From: Octopus bimaculoides
Taxonomy: Eukaryota
DNA length: 41,339 nt
Direction of reading: 5' to 3'
Assembly: GCF_001194135.2 (NCBI RefSeq)
Contig: NC_068993.1
Location: 31,358,609 to 31,399,947, forward strand
Below the pieces are notes generated by a model. That model saw only the letters and a list, made by a program, of their open reading frames with translations. It made no database searches and had not been told where the DNA came from. A program made the translations under genes and the position numbers. Below are positions 12,600-25,380 of this stretch, one piece after another. Within the stretch, counting starts at the first letter, position 1. The number at the start of each line of letters is the position of its first letter.

Positions 12600-13850
12600 A
12601 CATATAGAGTTATTTCATATATACGTATCTCTTAAGGATATACCCATCCCCTAAAGGAAGGTTTTCCTTATGCAACTCATCAGGAACAGTAAGACAAACT
12701 CATTTCTTAACCGCATTAGATGGTTTTTCTTTTTCGACAACAAAGACATTAAACAACCCTCTGACAATCTAACTTCTGAATCCAAGAAATTGTTTAAATC
12801 TTAAACCAATCCTCACCTAACCCAAGACTGAAATAATTTGAAGACGATCTCTGGTGTATCAGAAAGAATATGAAATTCTACCGTTCACCCTTAAGGAATA
12901 AACATCTGAGGTATCTATGTGTCACCAAAGTAATTCATAACACTGATGGGATACTGGTTCAATTTGACAAAACAGGAAACTTATACAAAACAGGAAACTT
13001 ATACTTTCCAAGGATTACTACCTAGAAATGTTTAGAAAAGATATACAAAAGAATTATAGGATCACTCGTAAAAGTGCAATCAGGGAAGCCAACCTTGAGG
13101 CTAAGAAAATTACGGAGAAATATGATTTACAGATGAAGACCGAACCTCTTGATCCCAAGCAACCTCGTTTTATTTAAACGATCACAAACCAAAGTTTTTA
13201 ATAACCCATCCTTACGACTTATTTCTCCATCTAGCTTTGACATCGGTTATTGCATTTAAATTATTCTAGATAAATATATTCCTACCTTAGTTAAAAAATT
13301 AAAGCTTAATTTATGGTCTAATTCCTTCCCAGTAGTCGACTGGTTTAATTCTATTACTAACAAGAAATGCACTAAGTTTATCCAGTTCGACATTTCTAGT
13401 TTCTATTCCTCTGTTAACTCAATCGTACCCAACAAGGCACTCTGGTTCGCACACAACAAAGCAGGTCTCACCAGGGATGAAATTTATATCGTATTAGCCG
13501 CTAGAAAATCAATCATTAAGCTGTGAATCCGTAAAGATATGCCTGACAGTTATGATGGGAAGTTCTGATTCAGCACAAATCGCTGATTTGGTCGGTATAT
13601 ATATATCCTTTATGAGATGGATGACCAATTCCCAAACATCAATGGAGGTCAATATCGTGACGATTGTTTACTCTACCTTACGCTTATTGTCCGATAGCCT
13701 TATACTGCATTATTATTCCTCGCACTTTCCATTGCATTGTTGCCTTTATTGAAATCATAAAGCAAAATATGCCAAATAGGCTCCTTTGTCATTATAGCTT
13801 TGAAAAAATCACTGTTAAAATCGAACTGCACTCTTCAAAAATGCACTAAG
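12600..13850 (+). mobile_element. Decayed PLE RT fragment of a second type (probably Hydra clade); endonuclease absent
   Basis: Frameshifted fragments LKDIPIP, FLNRIRWFFFFD, FEDDL, DKTGNLY, LNDHKPKFLI..PSLRLISP, IQFDISSFYSSV, MGSSDSAQIADLVGIYI, GGQYRDDCLL. Clade assignment is from memory of these motifs. Confidence 0.75.
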
Positions 13851-13940
13851 AATAGAGACAAAGTACAATTACTACCTGCTTTTATAGTAAGTTGATGTAG
13901 GTAGTTTATTCCTTCCCCCTCCGACGTTTAGTTCATGAAA
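13850..13940 (+). mobile_element. Possible degenerate SINE 3' fragment
   Basis: AAAGTACAATT...GTTGATGTAGGTAGTTTATTCCTTCCCCCTCC resembles, from memory, the 3' part of a common octopus SINE. Confidence 0.3.
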
Positions 13941-14027
13941 TTGAAAACACCGCATGATTCATGGGATGACCCAACATATATATATATATATATATATATA
14001 TGATAGAATAAGTACTAGGGATTATTA

Positions 14028-14029
<2 letters not shown>

Positions 14030-14083
<54 letters not shown>

Positions 14084-14085
14084 AT
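14030..14085. repeat. (AAT)n microsatellite
   Basis: Direct reading. Confidence 0.95.
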
Positions 14086-15068
14086 AATAACCCTACGGAT
14101 TATTAACAAATAATCTCTAGGATTGATTTTTTCTACTAAAATCCTTCAAGGTGGTGCTCAAGCTGGAGAAAGTATCAGAATAAAAGTACATATAAATTTA
14201 GCATCATTTGCGTAATAACATTGTATCATGCTTTATAGATCTCTTCAACAGGAATCGGTTGCTATATGCTGCCATACAGCCGGAACTCTCCTTTTCCTGG
14301 ATATACCCGTGAACATCCGTTAATGTCCACAGTATTCATACCCCAAACATTATAACACAAGAAAATTGATTGAAGAGGCTTTAACCCAAATCATCATAAT
14401 TGTTTCTGTACATTAGTATTGTTGAGTGTTTCACACATTATAGACGTTATTGCATTAAATTAACGTAACAATAGCTGTGCATCTCCAAGTCTTCAGGGGA
14501 ATGGGATCGAGAGCACAACTTGATCACCGATAGTTTCCCATACTCTATTTCCAGAATTTTCTTGAGAAAGAGTACCACAGAAATACGAAGAAATACAAGT
14601 GGTAAAACATACCAAAACTAAATTGATAGATAAAAATCAAAAATATAAAATAATAAACCGGTCAAAATAAATTACAGGAACGAAACATGAAAAATATAAA
14701 ATAAGATAAACTCCTTATTCAGTCCATTCTTTAGCTTCGATATGTCTCGACTTTTATAAAGATAGATGAACCCCCAAAGATTATAATGTCGCAAATATAT
14801 TGACTGAAAGAATTCCTTATCTCTTGTATTTGTAAGCGTTCGACTTCAAAGGAAATTATTTGTGCGTGGACAATACGCGCGCGCGCGCAAACTCACGTGT
14901 GTGTGTGTGCGTGTGTGCATGTATGTTTGAATATGTGTTTGTATCTATGTATGTTTTGATGTATATAATCTCTTAATTATTTCAGTTTGTGTATTATTTA
15001 AGAATATCTATGGGAATTATCGGAAGTAGAGTGGATAGTTATGCAGACAGATATGTTTGCCTAGTCAC

Positions 15069-15118
<50 letters not shown>

Positions 15119-15711
15119 GCTCATGCACACATACACTCAGCGAGAAACACATACATCTGTATGTGAATATCTGTGCGTGTATTTGTTTGTTTGTCTGTTT
15201 GTCTCCCGTGAGTGAGTGAGTGAATGTATATAGTTAAGTGTGTGTATAAGTGTTTACCAAACCATTTGCATACGTGTAGAAAAAACACTTGCATCGAATA
15301 GGCTTTCTATTAAAATGCATTATCTCGAAAACACGACTATGATCAAGTTTGATGCTTTTTATGAAGATATTTTCTATATTCATTAGTTACTTAAAATTTG
15401 TTCAGAACAGAGACTTTTCCAAATCCATCATCAACGTTCAAGAGGTTGAAGTGATGTTGTTGTATGTTACTCTTTCCTCAAAATTAGCATGACCAAAGTG
15501 ACTGGTGATGCTAAAGCTAGACTCTAGACTTTCACCGTCATTGGTGAATTATTTAGTTTTGTTTCAGAGTGATTTCTTTATACAAATGAGAGTGGACACT
15601 ATTAATGATGACAAGCAATAACGCAAGTTACAATAATACATAGCATTGACAAACAAAATTACTGAGCACAACTATGACGTTGGTTCAAAATTCAACTACA
15701 CACTCATAGGG

Positions 15712-15777
<66 letters not shown>

Positions 15778-15778
15778 C
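15712..15778. repeat. (GATA)n microsatellite
   Basis: Direct reading. Confidence 0.95.
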
Positions 15779-16944
15779 ATATACACTTATCAACACACGC
15801 GCATATATATAGTGAAAAATATAGTGAGAAACGAAGAAGACCGTATGTATAATGGCTAGGAGACTATAGCAGTGGCAACAACCAGTGTAGGCCAGGATCG
15901 TAAACATGATAGATGAAGTCTTCAGATAATAGCATTGTAGCATTGTGAATCTGGAGACGGGGAGGATTTAAACCTAAAGTGGTTTTAATAGTGTCAAATA
16001 TAGAAGTATAAATATATTGTAATATTATTGAAAGTGTATGTTCATTGGGAATAAATAAAATATTTAGTTATCACTAGATTTCAACAGCGTAATTTATTAC
16101 GAATTAAGATGAAATAGATAAAGTAGATACAATTTATGATAGAAAACAGTAAATAAATAGCTTGAGTTAAAAACTCTGATAAATATCTAAAATTCAGTTT
16201 AAGAAGTGTTTAATTTTAATAGCTAATACATAGATTATAAGCTGGGTGAATGGTTGGAATAGGAATTAAGAGAGAAGAATAAAGTAAAATCATACAATAA
16301 AATAATATAGAATAAAATACGCTAAATATACTAAAATAAGTAAGTAAGCTTATGCTATATCTGAACTATGGACCAGTGAAAATAATGTTAGATAGCAATA
16401 TGGAACCGTTCTTTAACTGAATGTGGATTTGTGGTAAAATTTTAAAATCTTAAAGAATGTGTGAACGCAAGAAGTGAACGGTATATTCGTGTTTAGTAAT
16501 TGTGATGGGCTATGCAACAACATTTGTATACATTCTTCTAAGCATAACCAACACAGAATTTTAACCTCGATATGGAGGACCCGAGTCAATGATAGACCAA
16601 ACTATATCATGTGGTATCTTTTATTCTCACTGTGGTGTGTATGTTCGGCCAGGGAAGGAGATTTCCTGCCTTTGTCTCATGTAAACAAATTTGAATTTGC
16701 TAAGTATCTTCGCTTAAAATTATCAGTAGCTCCACTATAAAGCTTGGTGCAGTTTTGCTGTCTGATTATGACTGAGTACTTATATACTACTTCAAATCTT
16801 TTGCAGTAGGCTTGTAATTAACCTGTATTTTAGAAGTTACAATTGGAGTTATTTGTTTTAGGAATCTTTCTATTGATATAATTAGAAAACCTATGATGGG
16901 TTAAGTGAGGCTTATTTAATCCGCTCTCCTCATATGTGCTACTT

Positions 16945-19315
16945 CACTGGACAACAAAGATTTTGCTACTGGGGGTAAAAGCATACGTTATAGACTAAAT
17001 CGAGAATGCTGATTCCGAATACACATTCAGAATTTTTCTAGCACATCAGAATTTTGATTTAAGTGCATGCGCTCGATTATAACTATGCTTTCGACTAGAT
17101 ATAGGCCATATTGTAAAATTTGCTAAAATGAAAGCAGTCTTAATTCGAAATTAAAGAAACAACAGCAATAAAACAAACAATGAGAAAGTTCATTATTTAG
17201 TTTAACAATAGATGGTACTAGCAATAGATGGTGCAAGCGCCGAATGCATCAGATTGTTCTTGGTAACCCTCAGTATCTCGTTTGCGCTGCCGTCATGTGT
17301 GATATGTGCACCTGTCGCGCTGCGTGATTACTGTTTTAGCTGTGTTCATTGTGTTAGATAATGAATAGAAGAAGCTGTGTCAATCACCCAGACAATTTTT
17401 GTTATGCCTTTGGAAAATTTTCTTCTCGAGACCAGCGGAAGAATATTGTCACTAAATTAAAACTGCATCTACTTATTATTTCGGGTGTAAATTTGGGGAT
17501 CAAGACAAGAGGTGGGCACCTCATATAAGCTGCACCGTGTGTTACTGAGGGCTTACACAGTGGCTGAATGGAAAAACGAAAGGGAATGCCTTTTGCTTTA
17601 CCAATGGTATGGCGTGAGCCAACCAATCATGTCTATGATTGTTACTTTTGCCTGACTAATATTAGTGATTTCTCAAAGAAAACCGAAGCAAAAATTATGC
17701 ATGCCGATTGCAAATCGGCTCTAAAACCGGTTCTACATGATTTCGAGAACCCTATCCCAGTTCCCCTCTCACATGTTTCACTTGACACGTCGCACGATGA
17801 ACCCCCTGATACTCCTATCAACGAAGAGTCCATAGTTGATTCTAAGAAAAATGAGCAACGCTTGTTTAATCAAGAAGCTTTAAATGCTTTAGGAAGAGAC
17901 CTAGCATCATCAAAAGAGAAGGCAGAAGTTTTGGGATCCAGACTACAGTAACGGAATCAGACTACAGCAAGGCATTAAAAATTCCATTTTTCTTTCTTGC
18001 CATGAAAGCTTATCTGTCTTTTTCAAGCAAGAAAATAATGCTTATTTCTATACTGATGTTAATGCACTCATGCAAAAACTAGGACACATGGAAGTGGCTA
18101 ACAAATGGAGATTGTTCATAGACTCGAGTAAGGTTAGCCTCAAAGCTGTGTTGTTACATAATGGTGTTGAAAGAATTTCCATTCCTGTGGGTCATGTTGT
18201 CGGTATGGACGAAACTTATAAATCGAAGGAAGTCATTCTGAAAAGAGTTAATTACCCAGTTCCTAAATGAAATATGTGTGGTGATTTAAAGCTGATTTCC
18301 CTCTTTCTAGGACTGCATCTGGGGTATATCAAAAATATGTGCTCCTTGTGTGTTTGGAACAGTCGCAACGACAGCAATCATTACACTGTAAAAGACTGGC
18401 CTAAAAGAGACATGCGCATAGTTGGTCGGTACAATCTTCAGCATATGCCACTGGTAGACCCACAAAAGATCTTCCTTCCACCTCTTCACATCAAATACGG
18501 CCTCAGGAAAAATTTCGTAATGACACACGATGACTGTGGCTTCCAGTACCTAAAAGTAAGGTTTAGAGCAGAGAAAAGTGACGCAAGACTGAAGCCGAGC
18601 ATTTCCACCGGACCCAAGATTAGAGAATTGATGTCTGATAACAAATTCAAAGGTAACCTGAATCCAGTTGCGCTGACGACTTGTGTTAGTTGTACAGCAC
18701 TTGTTTGGAGATCATAGAGCTGAAAACTATACTGATTTGATAAACAACATGCTAACAGGGAATGAAAGAATGGGATGCCGAATATTTCTTGAAATGCATT
18801 CTCATCTCGATTTTTTTCCAACGAATCTTGGTGGCGTTAGTGACTAGTATGGTACGGTTCCGCCAGGACATATCTGAAATGGAAACAAGGTATCAAGGCC
18901 GGTTCAATCCACACATGATGGGTAACTACTGCAGTATCCTACAACGGGAGACCAGCACGACGCATAAGCGCAAGAGCAAGTGTCTCAAAGATTTATGAGC
19001 TGAGCGTATCAAAAATCAAGTGACTAATCCCTTAACATAAATATACTATGTACCATTATATTATAATATTATTTGCCTTGAACATAAATTTACTATATAC
19101 AGTATTAATTGACTTTTATAATAATTATTTACCTTGAACTTAACTATTCCTGATATAACATAGTATTAATATATAATTATGCGCATAACTAAAAATCCTG
19201 ATGTGCTGCAGCAATTCTGAGTTCATATTCGGTATCACTGTACTCGTTTCGGTTTTAGTACAACACCATTTATCTGGGAAGGTGACAATACATTTTCTTT
19301 TTTTACTGCCCTGTG
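16945..19315 (+). mobile_element. Chapaev3-like (CMC superfamily) DNA transposon, near full length, decayed
   Basis: Termini CACTGGACAACAAA (16945) and, reverse-complemented, CACAGGGCAGTAAA (19315); subterminal inverted similarity between ~17005-17060 and ~19190-19240; internal transposase. Confidence 0.7.
17361..18998 (+). pseudogene. Chapaev3-like transposase, frameshifted
   Basis: MNRRSCVNHPDNFCY, MVWREPTNHVYDCYFC, WRLFIDSSKVSLKAVLLHNG, CGDLKLISLFLGLHLGY..CSLCVWNSR...HY..KDWPKR, FLPPLHIKYGL, QDISEMETRYQGR. Confidence 0.8.
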
Positions 19316-19344
19316 TTTTCTGTCATCAATGTCATTATTTGTAT

Positions 19345-19406
19345 AATTACCATTATTATTATTGTCGCAGTTGTCGTCGTCGTTGTCGTCGTCGTTGTCG
19401 TCGTCG

Positions 19407-19437
<31 letters not shown>

Positions 19438-19500
19438 CATCATCATCTTCATCATTATTATTCGTATTATTATTGATGTTGTTGTTGCTGTTGTTGTTTG
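19345..19500. repeat. Compound trinucleotide tract (ATT/GTC/ATC/GTT), candidate 3' tail or target of the adjacent R4-type element
   Basis: Direct reading; begins ~140 bp after the element's stop codon on the minus strand. Confidence 0.85.
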
Positions 19501-20520
19501 CCTTCTCAGAACGTTCGGTCTTGTTTGTTCTGGTAGGTTCAGTGAGAGCGGACAGCAGCCTGCTGTCAGAAGTCCCACGGGTTCTCTTTCCGCACATTAT
19601 AAGCTTTGATACTTGGTTGCTAATTAACGTGAGAGATATTCAGCACCCAAGTATCAATTTCAAAATCCTAGCTGTCCCAAGCAGAGCAGTGTTTTTGGCT
19701 TGCTTTGACCTCATGTCAATTCTGATTTCTTTGAAATATTTCTCGAACTTGCTTGTTAGTGCTCCGAGGGCCCCTACAACTACTGGAATGACAGACACTC
19801 TCCTCAGAGTCTACATTCTTGCAATTTCGTCTCTTACTAGTTCGTACTTTTCAATCTTTTCTAGTTCTTTGTCACTTTTGCGTGCATCTCCTGGTATTGC
19901 AATATCTTTTATCTTGATTTCCCTTTTTCCTTTATCTACCACAACCATATCTGGTGTCCGAGCTTCAATTAAGGAGTCACATTGGATGGCAAAATCCCAT
20001 TGTACGTTATTTACTTGTTTTCAGTGACCCCTTCTGTTTGATGATCGTACTATTTCTGTGCTCTGTTCAGGCCGTTCTTTTAACATAATCTCTAATGGAC
20101 GAAATTAACCCCGTTATCTTGCCGCCTTGTGTGTGTGCTTTTGCGTCAGCTTGCTTCACTCACTCACTCACAATATGTGGGATTGTTTCGTTTCTAGATC
20201 CACACATTCCTAAGTACTGCATATCAATACCTCAGTGCACCCTTTCAGATCACATTTCCTTAGCCAACTTCGTGTGTTGATCTTGTCTTTTTTTTTTTTT
20301 GATTTCTCTGAGGTATTGTTCATGCAGTGGTTTCATTTTCCAATTGTTTACTCTTTCTTCTTCATCTTGTTTCCTAAACGTTTTTGGGTGCATCACATTT
20401 TCAGTGCGTATTATATGTTAATTCTAACAGTGGCAAAGATGGATTCACTCTGTTTTTTGATGTACCATCTCACACTATTATAATTATTTATGATTTCCTT
20501 TCATTATAACATTATTTCTG
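19500..20520 (-). mobile_element. 5'-truncated R4/Dong-type non-LTR retrotransposon (zinc knuckle + restriction-like endonuclease)
   Basis: Manual minus-strand translation: KPLHEQYLREI, SWLRKCDLKGCTEVLIC, CGSRNETIPHIVSE, WDFAIQCDSLIEARTPDMVVVDKGKREIKIKDIAIPGD, ELEKIEKYELVRDEIARM, VIPVVVGALG, LLGTARILK; stop at 19640-19642. Confidence 0.85.
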
Positions 20521-20539
20521 CTGCCGTATCAACGGGTAT

Positions 20540-20950
20540 TCTCCGGAGGCTAAGAGTAGCAAGTACACTTTTGTATTGTTATATATGCTAAAATTAACAC
20601 CACATTTATTCCATTTTAGATGGAGAGTGCTTTCCTTAGTATATGGTCTGTACCCATTAAGGTGAGCTTTTGTAGTTCTCGGAGATTGGAGTTCCCAATC
20701 AGTTGCTTAATATACTTCTCAGCTCCCTTCCTTATCATTCCCAACGCACCAATTACTACTGGTATTGTCGTAGAACTAAGCTTCCACATTTTTATGATTT
20801 CAGTTTGCAGACCTTTATAGTGAGAACGCTTTCCGTATTCCTTTCTTGAGACATTTTGATCTTGTGGGACAGACATATCTATTAACAGACAGGTTCCTCT
20901 GTTGTAGTCCTTGATCATAATGTCTGGTCAACTAGACTGTCGTAGAGAAT
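20540..20950 (-). mobile_element. Second, shorter R4/Dong-type 3' fragment (different family)
   Basis: ORF 20616-20918: PDIMIKD..TCLLIDMSVP..K..YKGLQTEIIKMW..IPVVIGALG..LMGTDHILRKAL. Confidence 0.85.
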
Positions 20951-21149
20951 TGGATTTGATAATGCCAAACAATTACTAGGGTAGGCCCTTGATATTTAAA
21001 CAGAAAGGCGGTGTACATCAATGTACACTTCTCCCCTAGCTGGGGCATAGAAATCAAGGTCCTAACGGTTATCTGGCATATAGCTCTATCTCCAGGATTG
21101 CGTTTCACATGAGTTTGAGATAAGAAAAAGGTGGATGGACGCGTTTTAT

Positions 21150-21310
21150 AAGTGATTTGTCATGGGGTAGGGGATTGTGTTGCGTGTTCAGAGGGCCTTC
21201 CAGGTTCTCTCGAGTGGTAGTTTGGATTGACCAGTAATGATCAGGAGAGCGTCGTCGGGATAAATTCAACATAGATTGCAGGAAAGTAGAGACGAAATTG
21301 CTGAAGGATG
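21150..21310 (-). pseudogene. Possible LINE RT fragment
   Basis: Minus-strand IYPDDALLIITGQSKLPLE resembles a YADD motif; a single weak motif. Confidence 0.3.
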
Positions 21311-21316
21311 TATAAA

Positions 21317-21617
21317 TGTAGTATAGTTAAACTGCATACCCTTCCTGGTAAAAAGTGGTAGGAGGGTGTCATTATAAATAGACCAGTAGCCAGTCGTCGA
21401 GAGAGAGAATCGAAGAGTCGAGAGTCGACAGCTCTAGTCAGTGTCTTGTGGAGCTCTCAGCGATAATAAAACAAAAGTTAGTGTAATACTATTCTGATAC
21501 GAAGAGATACAACGGTACCCAATGACTAGTAACTATTGTGGATACTGACGTAAAACAGCAACGGCAGTACAACGGCAGTCGGACATCACACCAGTGGCAG
21601 GAAACCACTTAACAACA
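21317..21617 (+). repeat. 5' LTR of the Ty3/Gypsy element
   Basis: TG...CA ends, internal TATAAATAG (~21375) and AATAAA (~21466), followed by a PBS. No second LTR is available to confirm the boundaries. Confidence 0.55.
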
Positions 21618-21618
21618 G

Positions 21619-21630
21619 TGGCAACGAGGA
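21619..21630 (+). promoter_or_regulatory. Putative primer-binding site
   Basis: TGGCAACGAGG one base after the LTR end, resembling the TGGCGACGAG PBS common in Gypsy elements. Confidence 0.55.
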
Positions 21631-23614
21631 AAAACAAATTTGCGCAGGTTAAAAAAATAAACATTTACACGGAGAGTTTAAATTAATTCACGTGGAAAAT
21701 TAAATAACTCGAGAAAAAGAAAAGAAAATCTTGTTGTGCAAACTTACGAAAACCATAAAATGTGGAAAACCTGTTAGCTGGGGTAGTTGAGTTGCAAAAG
21801 CAACAACAACAACAACTCAATAAACAACGAGAACAACAGGAATTGCAGCAGAAAATGTTACAACTAATGAAGTTGATAACCAAACTAGAGAATATATTTT
21901 CCCTTGACCATGTAGAAAATTCCATAAGCAAATTCAAATATGACCCCAAAGAAGGCGTACCCTTCGAAGCTTGCATTCGGAGATCTGAAGAACTATTTGA
22001 ACGAGAATTTCAGGATTGGAAGTAAGTAATCAAAACGCGTCCAGATTTTAAGAAAACTATCTACAGCAGAGCATGAGAAGTATAGTAACTTCATATTGCC
22101 CAAAAAAGTGTCCGACAAAAGTTTCACCGACACAGTTTACATTTTGTGCAAAAGTTTTAGTGACAAAAGCTCACTGTTTTTATACTAGATGGAAATGTTT
22201 AAACATAAAAAAGAGTGAAGATAACGACTTCCATATTTACACAAGCAGAGTCAACAAATAATGTGAGAGATTTAGGTTGGATATGCTTACTCCAGATTCT
22301 TTCAAGTGTTTGATTTTTGCAGAAGGAATGACAGATAAAAGGGATGCAGAAATCCGAACGAAAACATTTCTAGCAAAACTGGAAATGATGCAGGATTTGA
22401 CATTGCAGAAACTGTAAGAAGAGTGTGACATGATATTAAAATTAAGACATAATACGGAAGAAATTCAAAGCAAAGAGCGTTTTCACATAAGACCAGTGCA
22501 AAAAAGTCGGAAGACAAATAGAGTGTTACAGGAAAAACAGAAAAATATCGGGATGTAGACCCATGTGTGGCCTGTGGTTGGATGCACCTGAAAAAAGATT
22601 GTCCGTATAAAAAAGCAAAGTGTTTTCGCTGTGGGTTCACAGGACATAAAATCACACTGCAAAACTAGAATGACAGGAAAATGGAACAAACAAGAAAAAA
22701 TAAATAGTTTGTCAGCAGGATAAGTTGTGACTACAACAAACAGAAAATTCGTGAACGTGTGAATTGAAACCACTAGGATCAGAATGCAATTAGACACGGG
22801 AAGTGGCACCACAATCATAAATGAGAAAACATAGGAACAGATGGGTAAACCAAAATTATGTAATTCAAACAAAATAGCATATGGTGTTACGAGAAGAAAA
22901 TTATATTTCACGGGTGAACGCATTTTTAATATAATGTTCAAAGGTCGAACCAAAAAAGTGAATGTTTATGTGTTGAAAAAATCCATGAATTTATTTAGCA
23001 TCAAATTTATGGAGAAACTTAATTCATGGGATACACCGATAAGCGTTTTGTGAAATAAGGTAAACGGAGCAGTCAAACGATCGAACGAGGTTGATGATCT
23101 GAGACAAAAATATGAAAGAAATTTTCCCAAAAGATTTTTTGGAACGTTTAGGCTGTTCCACAAAAACAAAAGCAGGGATGGTTACCAAAGAAAATTCAAC
23201 ACCGTCGTTTGCGGTGGTAGACCAGGTCAATAAAGAACTAGAAAGGTCGGAAAGCCTGAACACAATTGAAAAGATTGACCATGCAGACTGGGCAGTACCG
23301 GCAGTCTACGGAAAGAATATAATAATAAGCTAACAGTGTGCGCAGACTTCTCAAACAGATTAAATGACTCTTTACTCACACACAGTTACTCCTTACCAAG
23401 CCCAGAAGAAGTATTTACTAAACTAAAGGGAGGGAATATTTTCTCGAAGTTAGACCTCGCAAAGGTGTACCTTCAAATTCAGTTAGAGGGAGATTGCACA
23501 CATTTACTAAGAATCACCGCACACCGTGGATTGTACAAGTTCAAACGACTGCCGTTTGGGGTAAAACTGGCATCCACCATATTCCAACAAATAATGGATG
23601 CGATGTTAATGGTC

Positions 23615-25380
23615 ATCAACTGCAACTACTCTCCTCATCACCCAAAACAGTCAAACTACCCTTGTTAAAATGTACAGACCAATAGTCTGCCAGAACATAA
23701 AGTACAAACTATACATTAGCTGCCCCATTTTTTTCTTGCAGGATCATTGCGTCCTCAACAACATTATAACACTTGCGAACGCTGGAGGAAAGGTGTGGAG
23801 TTGTACACACAACTACCAATTCACAATTTGATGCAGGAAAACACAGTAACAGTAAAACAATTGCAGGAATGTAACCGTAGTGTGCCTGAACAACCAGAAG
23901 GCTTTTGACATTTATCCTGTGGATGGATTATGAAGATCCTACAGTTAGCCAAATACCTACAACCACTATTGAGTGTTATGAACATCTGACCAAGATTGGG
24001 TATACCTCTCTTTGCAACTTAGGAGTGACAAGGAGTAAATGGAGTCGGATAGCTTTCACTTTCAAAAGGGCATCTTTTAGGCTGATAGTCCGTCAGAATT
24101 ACCCTTCATCTTCTCATTAAACCCACTGTCACACCTGCTCACGAAACACGAAACATAGTGGCCATTGAAATAGATCCAGAAGTGTTTCACATATTTTCTT
24201 TGTCGACGTCATATCAACCACATAATAAACAATTACACCTCATTACCCAATTTTCTACAAACATTGGAATGAAATTCAATGAGTTCAAATGTGCATTTTT
24301 GTCTATGAAACATCTACAAATTGTGCCCTTCTCTAAACATTTAACAATGAACGGCTTGACAATACAACTTCTTCACTCAGGTAACAATTATAAATATACT
24401 GGACAAAATCAGAATGTCAGGTATAATGTACCCATAATGAGGGGAACAGGAAATGTAGCTCAAGCTGTTAAAGTGAATATGGTCATCATATCTCTCAGCG
24501 TTCAACAACCATATTTCCCCATAGCACGTTTGCAGTGCCTATTATCACGTTTGGCCCTCTGAACTGGTCACTACAGGAAATCAATGAGATAGATATTCGA
24601 ACTCGTAGGCTGCTCAGTGTTACAGGAAACTTCAACATCATTCGTGGTATAGACAGGCTATACTTCCTATGCAAGTATGGTGGTCGTGGTCTCCAGTCTG
24701 TATTGATTTCAATATGAAGCACGGATTGTTACACTGCGACAATATCTGCAGCTGAGGGAAGAAACCAGTGACTATCTTGCCCAAGATAGTTAATGAATTT
24801 GAGGAGAGGAATGAAATAAGATCGGATAGAGATCTCTCTCAAAAGAGCATTAATAAGATCTAACTATCAGAAAAAAAATTTAAATGTGAACCCCGTTTAT
24901 TGAGAAGATAGTACATGTGTAGATGGCATGAAAATCACAAACCGTAGAAGGCATTGATCATTTCAAAAGTTTGGCATGGAGTACCGATAAGTTTATAACA
25001 TCCTACTTCGAAGGCTACCTCCATGCAATTCAAGAACAAGAGATCCCTAACAAGAAACTACAGCATAAAATGTAGTAAACTTTGACAAGTATCAAATCTA
25101 GGAGGTGCAAGACGCACGACCAAGACTGGAGACATTAACCACATTATTGCCAAGCGCGAGAGAATGCCTTCTGAATATCACCTTCTCATGAGTCAGAGTC
25201 AAAAATATTGAAAAGGTTGCAAAACGCAACGAAAATTTTAGAAAAGTAAAAAAGAAATAAGTGGAAATTTTACCGGTGCGTGTATTAAATTATAAGGCAC
25301 TGAAAGAGGATGATTCTCCACAGACACAACAGAATATGCTTCAACACACGAAATCACATAAAGAATCTGGCAAGCCAAAT
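23615..25380 (+). mobile_element. R4/Dong-type non-LTR retrotransposon fragment (RT to zinc knuckle)
   Basis: YRPIVCQNIKYKL, QKAFD, KGIF*ADSPSELPFIFSLNPLSHLL, FSTNIGMKFNEFKCA, YKYTG, FGPLNWSLQEINEIDIRTRRLL..IDRLY..YGGRGL, FEGYLHAIQEQEI, GDINHII. Confidence 0.85.

Larger units (their letters stand above)
21317..23615 (+). mobile_element. Ty3/Gypsy LTR retrotransposon 5' half (gag-PR-partial RT), decayed
   Basis: Gag with CCHC-type knuckles (PCVACGWMHLKKDCP, CFRCGFTGH, ~22560-22660), protease MQLDTGS (~22780), RT WAVPAV, CADFSNRLNDSL, FSKLDLAKVYLQI, GLYKFKRLPFGVKLASTIFQQIMD; ends before YxDD. Confidence 0.9.

Noticed and set aside
19235-20027. Long ORFs with poly-Asp/Ser/His/Val tracts
   Set aside because: They derive from the trinucleotide tract plus the antisense of the R4-type element.
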